Source: a virus. From it: a DNA stretch of 64,000 nt. The stretch covers positions 3,204-67,203 of IMG/VR virus record IMGVR_UViG_3300047548_000145; one strand, written 5' to 3'. The notes below the pieces were generated by a model. It was not told where the DNA came from, made no database searches, and saw only the letters and a program-made list of their open reading frames with translations. How positions within the stretch are numbered: position 1 is the first letter of the stretch; every line of letters starts with the position of its first letter. This document shows, in pieces, positions 57,428 to 64,000 of this stretch. Both the position numbers and the translations under genes were made by a program.

Positions 57428-57963
57428 TACTGAATGTAATTGTAGTACGCAATGTACTTGTTCAGAGCCAGCACTCTTCCCTGTTTAGATACTTCCTCAG
57501 CGTACTCACCATCGTGGGTGTAGTTCTCTGACCAGCGGAACTGCTTTGCGTACTTCCACTTGACGATGTACGAAGCCGAGTCAATGTTACCTACTTGTGG
57601 AATTGTCACAGGAACGAGACGTTTTTCTCCACTTTTTACAATTTGACCCCAGGTTATCATAGCAAAATCCTTATCTAGGTGAGGTTTTATAGACTCGTAC
57701 CATTCAGGGTGAACGATGTTATCGCTGTCCATAAATGCTACCCAGTCCTCATCCTGGAAAGGATAGTTCTCTAGGGCGTGGTTTCTGTTGTGGGCTCCGA
57801 ACGCACCAGTCATACCTGAGCGCATTACTACAGCACCTTCGAGGTCTGGATGGTCATCCATAAGCTTGTCGTAGACTATAACCCAGTTACATTCTGCAGG
57901 TATAGACTGCTTAATTGTATCTAGATTCTCAGGTCTATGGCAGGGTGTGATGATATGAATCAT
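57427..57963 (-). CDS. GT-A fold glycosyltransferase
   Basis: IITPCHRPENL, RNHAL, FMDSDN (DxD), IDSA, HDG. Confidence 0.8.
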   Translation of the reverse strand: MIHIITPCHRPENLDTIKQSIPAECNWVIVYDKLMDDHPDLEGAVVMRSGMTGAFGAHNRNHALENYPFQDEDWVAFMDSDNIVHPEWYESIKPHLDKDFAMITWGQIVKSGEKRLVPVTIPQVGNIDSASYIVKWKYAKQFRWSENYTHDGEYAEEVSKQGRVLALNKYIAYYNYIQ

Positions 57964-58028
57964 AATTTTTTTTTGTTTTGTGGTGTTAGTACCCCCGATC
58001 GGATTCGAACCGATGACCGATTGCTTAG

Positions 58029-58681
58029 CTTACCACTCCATATTACTATGGCCCCTTTCGAGTTGTGGTCTGGACTATATCTTCACCATTTCAGGTGGAA
58101 TGCGTATAGTCTCTACGGATCCTGTCATAAGGCAGTTTCCTCGGGGTTGTCCAGAGAATTAAATTCTCTTAGGATATTCACCGATATAGCACTCTCCACT
58201 TTACTGGTTTCTCTGTTAAGTTGCATTTTTCTTGACAGCTTACCACGGCAGGATCTTGAACAGCAGGTAAAACTACCCTTCTTTTTCCCTATGTGAGTCT
58301 GTCTTTTCTCTTTCACGAAAACAGTAGAACATTCTGGGCATTTCAACTCAAACATTGTTCTACCTGTTTCAGGCATATGTAGTCTCCTATGATCTGAAGC
58401 AGTTAGGACTTCAAGGTTTTCAATCCTGTTGTCTTTCTTTATTTCGTTTTTGTGATGCACAACCTCATCAGCAGTGAGAAGTCTACCTAGATGATTTTCC
58501 ATTACTGCTCTATGATGAAGAACATAATTGTTCTTTGTCCGATTAGGATGGTTCCTAACGATGCAGTAATTGTAATCACCCTTGCTTACAACCTTCTCAA
58601 TGTTCCACAGTAAAGGCTCCATTTCGTATCCGTATTTAAGTTATTCTTGACAAATATACAAAAACTTAGGCTACTTTGCTA
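58029..58681 (-). mobile_element. group I self-splicing intron with homing endonuclease
   Basis: Preceded by exon U and ends in G; core elements GCTATATCGGTGAA (P), GACAACCCCGAGGAAA (Q), CCGTAGAGACTATA (R), AAGATATAGTCC (S). Confidence 0.85.
58125..58622 (-). CDS. intron-encoded HNH homing endonuclease
   Basis: LHHRAVME..VVHHKNEIKKDNRIENLEV..H; C-terminal CPEC..CCSRSC zinc finger. Confidence 0.9.
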   Translation of the reverse strand: MEPLLWNIEKVVSKGDYNYCIVRNHPNRTKNNYVLHHRAVMENHLGRLLTADEVVHHKNEIKKDNRIENLEVLTASDHRRLHMPETGRTMFELKCPECSTVFVKEKRQTHIGKKKGSFTCCSRSCRGKLSRKMQLNRETSKVESAISVNILREFNSLDNPEETAL

Positions 58682-58724
58682 AAGGCAATTGCTCTATCCA
58701 CTGAGCTACGGGGGCTAATACCAA

Positions 58725-59681
58725 TTACTTAATCATAGAGTTGATACGAATCTGGTTGAGTTTGTCAATGTGGTAATACTCCACACAGTAATCGTACAGA
58801 TTCTTTGCAAGTCTGTTCGCCTCAGGCTTGGTCATAGACTCAATGGCTTCCTTCCATTCTCCCTTGTCGTTTACCAAGATGCCAGTCACTCCGTGCTCAA
58901 TTACCTGCTTGTAGGGGGTAACGTTAGACGCAATGACTGCAGTCTTAGAGAATCCTGCCTCAGAAATCTTGAGGTCGGACTTGCAGTTGTTGAACTTGGT
59001 ATTGTTCAGCGGAACCAGAGACACATCGAAGTACTCGTATGCACGTCCGTAGCTAAACGTATCAGATGGAGACATAACATACTTGGCTCCAAGTCTGTCT
59101 GGATAGTCCTCTAGCATAACGCTGTACATCTCCTTGTCTGAGAAGTCGTATCCAATCAAGTCCAAGTCCTTCCCGTGTCCCATAGCGCCAAGGTATCCGA
59201 AGCGTACCTCTTTGCTAGGAATCTTCTGGATGTCCCACTGAGGGTCATCAGGATCAATTCCATTCGGGACGTAGTGATACTCAGCCTTAGGATTCAACCT
59301 ACGCATCTCCTTAATGAGAACGTGAGACGGTGACCAGATGATGTCTGCAATCTTGATGGTACCCTTGATCTCCTTGGCGAAGTACCTAAAGTACAACTCA
59401 CGTGCAGCATTGTGTGACTCCAACTCCCAGTAGTCGTCATTGTCCAGGATCAACTTCACGCCATACTTATCTAGAATCTTTCTAAATAAGGAGTGGTCTT
59501 CCACGTTCAACTTACGAGAGACAATCAGGTAATCAACCTTCTCTAGGTCAAGTTCTGCCAGACCCTTGAGTGAGTCAATCCAGTGGAAGAAGTGTCCCTG
59601 TTCCTGAAGTCGCTTCAGGGGGATAATGAGTCGGTGGTAGTTTACTCCGTGTAAACCATCCACATATACTACGCTTATCAT
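58725..59681 (-). CDS. GT-B fold glycosyltransferase
   Basis: YHRLIIP, DNDDYW, VPNGID, DVSLVPL..FNNCKSDLK..E, ASNVTPY..HGVTGIL. Confidence 0.8.
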   Translation of the reverse strand: MISVVYVDGLHGVNYHRLIIPLKRLQEQGHFFHWIDSLKGLAELDLEKVDYLIVSRKLNVEDHSLFRKILDKYGVKLILDNDDYWELESHNAARELYFRYFAKEIKGTIKIADIIWSPSHVLIKEMRRLNPKAEYHYVPNGIDPDDPQWDIQKIPSKEVRFGYLGAMGHGKDLDLIGYDFSDKEMYSVMLEDYPDRLGAKYVMSPSDTFSYGRAYEYFDVSLVPLNNTKFNNCKSDLKISEAGFSKTAVIASNVTPYKQVIEHGVTGILVNDKGEWKEAIESMTKPEANRLAKNLYDYCVEYYHIDKLNQIRINSMIK

Positions 59682-59899
59682 TTGCTCGCCTCCTCGTGGT
59701 ATTCACGTGCCATATCACGGATGAAGTCTACGTTCCACCGAATCTCCCGCATAGCATTTGCCGTGATCTTAGCAACTCGCTCTGGGTCCACAATCGGCTC
59801 TCCGTTACTTTCGTGTACAGCCTCGTACAATCTGTTTGCGATTTCGTGAAGTTCGTCACATCCTCTGAAGTAACCTTCTGATAGTCTATTAATTTCCAT
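59678..59899 (-). CDS. hypothetical protein
   Basis: 73 aa, coupled to its neighbours. Confidence 0.65.
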   Translation of the reverse strand: MEINRLSEGYFRGCDELHEIANRLYEAVHESNGEPIVDPERVAKITANAMREIRWNVDFIRDMAREYHEEASK

Positions 59900-60338
59900 T
59901 CTTTATTAGTTTTATTACGTGGTCAACTTGCTCTTTATTCTTCGGTATGTACAAGTCGTAGTCCATATGGTTAGCGTGTAGAAACTTCATAAACATCTTC
60001 CACCTAAGAGGAAAGCTGTCATTCGCCCTAACAAACCCCTTGGTCTCTATCACGAATCTATGCTTATGGCTTACGAAATCAGGCTTGTAAGTGATTGGTA
60101 ACACTTTCTTGCCAGTTGAGACAACCATCTCTTTGCTTTTAGGCACAGATTTAATGTAAGTGTTGGACGGTGTGAAACCCTCTTGTATGGTAAACGACTC
60201 TGATTCATAGCCGTAGTCGATACCTTCTTCACTGAGTCTTTTGGCGCAGTACGCTTCAAGGGCACTTTTGTAGATGCCGAGGTCTTTTTTCGTGGTTCTT
60301 TTTCCATTTGATTTATTTCGTTTTAGTGGCATACGCAA
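59889..60338 (-). CDS. endonuclease I-like (T7 gp3-type) resolvase
   Basis: YKSALE..YKPDF..IETKG motifs. Confidence 0.75.
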   Translation of the reverse strand: MRMPLKRNKSNGKRTTKKDLGIYKSALEAYCAKRLSEEGIDYGYESESFTIQEGFTPSNTYIKSVPKSKEMVVSTGKKVLPITYKPDFVSHKHRFVIETKGFVRANDSFPLRWKMFMKFLHANHMDYDLYIPKNKEQVDHVIKLIKNGN

Positions 60339-60343
60339 AGCTA

Positions 60344-62167
60344 TTAAAAGATATCGGCTCCTGCAATACCTGGTTCAACATTTAGGTTAAAAGTTTCTTG
60401 TACAAATTCGTAGGCCAGAGGCTTGAACAGCTTTGGCCCTATGATGGGATTAAAGCCCGTATTCGAGGAGTTCATCTCAAAGTAGATAGGCGAGTCGTAT
60501 GGAGTCTGTTCTCCTCCTGTCTCTACCTCTCGTACCTTTCTGACGTGCACCTCTGTTGTCCTGCGGATATGCGCCTCAGGGTGTCCAATCTTGCGGTGGA
60601 TGGTAATAAATCCATCAGCACGGTTGACAAACTTGCCCCCTCCTTCGGTATCCTCAGCCATAGGCGCTACAGGCTGTCCTGATTCGTCTCGTCTACGCTG
60701 TGCTTCCGTCACTGCGTGGGTGTTGAGCCACACTGCAATGTTGTTCTTCTTGGCGTAGGTGAGGAACTCAGACGCTGCCTCGTAGTGATACTCGTGGGTA
60801 GAGATACCATTATTGCCAGACATCTGAATCTTCAGGCTGTTGTAGGGATCAATGAAGAACCCATCAAACTTCCTGTTACGCTGCAACTTGTCTGCGAACA
60901 GAATCAGGTCCGTGTAGGAGTATACGTCTGAGTTATTGATGATGATGAAGTGTTCCTTCACCCAGTTGTATGCACGTACACGTTCCTTGTAGTCCATCTG
61001 TGCCACGGGACGCTCCACGTAGAACTGCATCAGCTTCATCTTGATGGAGGCTGTCTTGTTCTCTGAGGAGTATATTACCCACTTCCAGTTGTGGCGGATT
61101 ACGCTGTTTGCAATTAGGAACATAATGAACGTAGTCTTACCCACGTTGCTATGTCCGTTCACAATCATAAACTCACGCTTGTATCGGAAGTACTTGTCCA
61201 GGTTGTCGTTGCCTGTATCTAGGCCAACTTCAATCTTACCCTGTGCGTAGTCATCAATCCATCGGAAGTCCTCATCATCAGAAGATATGAAGGACATATC
61301 CCCGTCATTGATAAGCATCTCACGCTGGTAGGAAGACTCTTCCTCAATGATTTCACGGATGGGCATAGACTTACCCTTCTCGATTCCATCACGGATGGTT
61401 CTGATGGCAAGTTCCTCTGAGTCTATGTCACGCTTGAGAATCTCACGTGTAAGTACTCGGATTACTTCCTCCTCCTCCATACGTCCCGCAGAGATGTATC
61501 CACCGCATAGGACAGAGGCACGTAACAGCATACTGTGCTTCTCTCCATCTTCAGCGAAGCGTATCATCCGTGCTGCAATGTTCAGCTTCAGGTAGTCCGT
61601 GTAGGAATCCCGCTTCTCAACCTTCTGCTCTAGAGCCTCTTCAGACAGCATACCACCGAACCTCTGTGAGTATTCGTTGATAACGATGTCTGGGTCATAG
61701 GACTCAAAGCAGGCACGTGCTTCGTTGACTCCACTGCTATCCAACTCCAGTCCATACTGGTTTTGGAAGTAACGCTCAAGTGAGCGGAAGTGGTCTCGGT
61801 GTCTCTCTGGGTTTGTGATCCGAACGAGTGCCTTTAGTCCGTCTCCTGACGGTGACACCCAGCACGAATACACGTATGGGTCTGTACCTACAACAGACTT
61901 GACGCTGTCAACGTCAATGTGGTCAAAGTCTAGTACAATGTACCCTGAGTGGTTCTGTAAGTCATCATCGTTGCGACCTAGAAACTCACCTGAAAATAAT
62001 ACAATCGGAAGGGTCGTCTTCGCCTTTTTGTCGCCATCCCTCACTTGAGATATAAGTGTAGCCTGCTTGCCAGATGCTATCCGCTGTAGTGCTGTTTCCA
62101 AACTTATGTAGTTCGGGCTCTTGTCGTACAGACTCCGAAAGATTGTTACGTTCATCTTGTAATGCAA
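60344..62167 (-). CDS. primase-helicase (VirE-N/BT4734-like N-terminus, DnaB-like helicase)
   Basis: HSGYIVLDFD, SPSGDGLK, RACFESYDP; Walker A GHSNVGKT, IDPYNSL, EGGGKFVNRAD. Confidence 0.85.
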   Translation of the reverse strand: MHYKMNVTIFRSLYDKSPNYISLETALQRIASGKQATLISQVRDGDKKAKTTLPIVLFSGEFLGRNDDDLQNHSGYIVLDFDHIDVDSVKSVVGTDPYVYSCWVSPSGDGLKALVRITNPERHRDHFRSLERYFQNQYGLELDSSGVNEARACFESYDPDIVINEYSQRFGGMLSEEALEQKVEKRDSYTDYLKLNIAARMIRFAEDGEKHSMLLRASVLCGGYISAGRMEEEEVIRVLTREILKRDIDSEELAIRTIRDGIEKGKSMPIREIIEEESSYQREMLINDGDMSFISSDDEDFRWIDDYAQGKIEVGLDTGNDNLDKYFRYKREFMIVNGHSNVGKTTFIMFLIANSVIRHNWKWVIYSSENKTASIKMKLMQFYVERPVAQMDYKERVRAYNWVKEHFIIINNSDVYSYTDLILFADKLQRNRKFDGFFIDPYNSLKIQMSGNNGISTHEYHYEAASEFLTYAKKNNIAVWLNTHAVTEAQRRRDESGQPVAPMAEDTEGGGKFVNRADGFITIHRKIGHPEAHIRRTTEVHVRKVREVETGGEQTPYDSPIYFEMNSSNTGFNPIIGPKLFKPLAYEFVQETFNLNVEPGIAGADIF

Positions 62168-62408
62168 TTTTAAGTAAGATTAAATATCCGATGAGGTCTT
62201 GTACCGTATCTTCTGTCAAGTCGTTCAGCCCCTTGTTCTTGATGCGGAACAGCTTGTCATCGATTCGGGCACAGATGTTTTCTACTGCGCTACCCTTGGC
62301 AAAGATATTACCAGGTTTGAGTGCGCTGTCACCATACGCACGATTTTTTTCAATTAAAAGGTCCCTGACCCCATTTGCCGCCTCTATGATCTTGTCTTCT
62401 GTCTTCAT
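61986..62408 (-). CDS. DUF1599 / nucleotide-modification-associated domain protein
   Basis: KNRAYGDS..RIDDKLFRI..EDTVQDLIGY; 3' end overlaps the primase gene. Confidence 0.75.
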   Translation of the reverse strand: MKTEDKIIEAANGVRDLLIEKNRAYGDSALKPGNIFAKGSAVENICARIDDKLFRIKNKGLNDLTEDTVQDLIGYLILLKIALQDERNNLSESVRQEPELHKFGNSTTADSIWQAGYTYISSEGWRQKGEDDPSDCIIFR

Positions 62409-62519
62409 TTAGTTGTCTCTTCTATATGTTCTACTTCATCTCCTGGGTCTGATACTATAGATGCGCCATAGTTTCCTGGCTCATCCCATCCCCCATATCG
62501 GAAGTCAGACCCTAGGCCC

Positions 62520-62702
62520 TTATCCGTTCCAGCTCTTGTCTTTGGAATCATTGTGTTTATCTTTTAGTTTATTAATTCTTTCGTATATCTCTAGGTAGAT
62601 AGCAAAAGACAGACTTAATTTTTGCTGCTGTAGCATCTCAGAGCGAGATAGAACGTCATCTATTGCCTCACGTACTGCAGACATCATCTCACGTTTTTTC
62701 AC
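62520..62702 (-). CDS. hypothetical protein
   Basis: 60 aa coupled to thyX. Confidence 0.5.
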   Translation of the reverse strand: MKKREMMSAVREAIDDVLSRSEMLQQQKLSLSFAIYLEIYERINKLKDKHNDSKDKSWNG

Positions 62703-63319
62703 AGTTTAAACGCCTTAATAGTTAACTCAAATGGGTTCCCTTCAATCTGTTTAACCTGATGCAGCATCTGCTGTGCTAACTCTCGTACTTCCTTCTGTGC
62801 GTGTTCTGAATCCCGTAGTCGTAGGAAGTGAACGAACGAACGGAAGTTAAACGAGATGTCCATCGTAATCTGTGAGTTGAATGTCTTAAAGAAACGTGCT
62901 GACTCCTTTGCTCGTTTACGTCCAAGCATTGGAGTAAGTATCTCCAAGAAATTGTGGTAGTATTCGTTTGCCTGCTCGGTGAACTCGTACAAGTCCTGCT
63001 GCATTGTCTCAGGCCAATCCACAGGTAAGTACATCTTATCCTCCTTTAGTTCCTTGTAGCGTGCGGACTCACCATTGATGCTAACACCGATGCGATGCTT
63101 CAGCAGGTGGATGTGCGTTGCTTGGTCAACAGTTACCAGAAAGTGTAGCATAGATTTCTCGAACACTGTATGGTGTCCCTCTGTAGCCAGCATCTCCAAC
63201 AGGCTTCCAATCCTTCCAACCTTCTCTTCGTTTAACTCCCTCGAAGTAGAAGTCCACGCAGAAAGTGCGTGAGTTCTATCATCCCCATAATGTCCTATAA
63301 GTTCTACTTGGTTTGTCAT
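62699..63319 (-). CDS. thyX: flavin-dependent thymidylate synthase
   Basis: GHHTVFE, LLKHRIGVSINGESARY, NFRSFVHFLRLR..HAQKEVR. Confidence 0.9.
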   Translation of the reverse strand: MTNQVELIGHYGDDRTHALSAWTSTSRELNEEKVGRIGSLLEMLATEGHHTVFEKSMLHFLVTVDQATHIHLLKHRIGVSINGESARYKELKEDKMYLPVDWPETMQQDLYEFTEQANEYYHNFLEILTPMLGRKRAKESARFFKTFNSQITMDISFNFRSFVHFLRLRDSEHAQKEVRELAQQMLHQVKQIEGNPFELTIKAFKL

Positions 63320-63619
63320 TTTAAAAGTTGTCTCTTAAATAAATAGATAATAATAGCCCAGTAATTATTCCAATCAAATAACACCACGCCATCCACAGAA
63401 TGAGTTCGGCTTTTGGTTTGTCATTTTCCATAAAATGTTATTAAAATTCAAATGCGAGTGAGAGAGAGAGTTTCCCCGCCTCATCGCCTGTTAGCTTTTT
63501 TTGAAACCAATTACCTGACCATCCCTTACATATAGATATTTAGTCCCAGAGGACTTAGCTCCGTTTAAAATGCAAAAGAAAAGATAAAGTTGGCTTTGGT
63601 CAATTAACCTTGAGTTCAT

Positions 63620-63680
63620 AAAGTGTAAAGTGAAATGGTCACAAAGTGTAAAGTGAAACGCTCACATTTTGTAAAGTGAT
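63620..63680 (+). repeat. short tandem repeat with 23-bp period
   Basis: AAAGTGTAAAGTGAAATGGTCAC / AAAGTGTAAAGTGAAACGCTCAC / ..TGTAAAGTGA. Confidence 0.6.
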
Positions 63681-63728
63681 GGATAAATGCTTCATTAGTG
63701 CAGCAAAACGCACTTAATGATGGATATA

Positions 63729-63953
63729 TCAATCAAAGTTTAGGTTGTTATCGCTCATTAGTTCCCGCAGTTGTTCACGGCAGGCGTAGTACGCTTTCAA
63801 TTCACCTTCCGATGTTCCATCTGGTGCGTACTTGGTTTTACTGCGTAGCCATTGGTCTAAATCCCAAAGTACCGAGTGCATTCGGTGTGCGGATGTTGCC
63901 AAGTCGAACTCTATCTGGTCGTCTGGCAGATTGTATTCAATGGTCGCTTTCAT
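63729..63953 (-). CDS. hypothetical protein
   Basis: MKATIEYNLPDDQIEF..LWDLDQWLRSKTKY. Confidence 0.7.
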   Translation of the reverse strand: MKATIEYNLPDDQIEFDLATSAHRMHSVLWDLDQWLRSKTKYAPDGTSEGELKAYYACREQLRELMSDNNLNFD

Positions 63954-64000
63954 AATCTTTGTTTTTTATAAAATCAATATGAATAGCCCAAAACAAAAAT

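Larger units (their letters stand above)
57990..58715 (-). tRNA. tRNA-Arg(UCU) split by a group I intron (exons 58682-58715 and 57990-58028)
   Basis: Spliced form GCCCCCG-TA-GCTC-AGTGGATA-GAGC-A-ATTGC-CT-T^CT-AA-GCAAT-CGGTC-ATCGG-TTCGAAT-CCGAT-CGGGGGT-A; A20 Arg identity element present. Confidence 0.85.

Noticed and set aside
57990-58028. Amber suppressor tRNA (CUA) and stop-codon reassignment as in some crAss-like phages
   Set aside because: The ATTGC/GCAAT stem fixes the loop as CT-TCT-AA, and core genes are full-length in the standard code.
61986-62167. 182-bp overlap of the DUF1599 ORF with the primase-helicase gene as a programmed recoding site
   Set aside because: The DUF1599 motifs end before the overlap; the tail looks like incidental run-on with no slippery sequence.
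63460-63500. Fourth hammerhead (GCGATGAG...GAAAC on the minus strand)
   Set aside because: The core lacks CUGANGA and no consistent three-stem fold was found.

Overview
A 64-kb piece of a lytic, tailed dsDNA phage of Bacteroidota, with a podovirus-type, crAss-related gene layout. The host is inferred from repeated TAnnTTTG promoter elements and A/T-rich leaders lacking Shine-Dalgarno sites. Positions 1-14.6 kb (minus strand) hold early and accessory genes: many small ORFs, an ERF annealase, a RecE-like nuclease, a DEDD exonuclease, a GH73 glucosaminidase, an Acb2/Tad1-like sponge, one tRNA and three tRNA-like RNAs. Positions 14.6-15.8 kb are a non-coding divergence region with G-rich tracts and a 12-bp tandem repeat. 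Positions 15.8-53.9 kb (plus strand) hold the virion module: GroES-like protein, terminase, portal, fibres, lysis cassette, scaffold, major capsid, tail proteins, ejection proteins and a 3019-aa polyvalent protein. Positions 53.9-64 kb (minus strand) hold nrdA/nrdB, two glycosyltransferases, an intron-split tRNA-Arg, a primase-helicase and thyX. Four observations stand out. (1) Three type I hammerhead ribozymes sit at gene junctions of the first early operon. (2) Three tRNA shells have the anticodon arm replaced by large structured inserts, and two of them flank the anti-defence gene. (3) A ~23-bp stop/start junction repeat delimits about 14 small-gene 'cassettes'. (4) tRNA-Arg(UCU) carries a group I intron with an HNH gene. 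All protein calls come from motif recognition by eye; no database searches were run.
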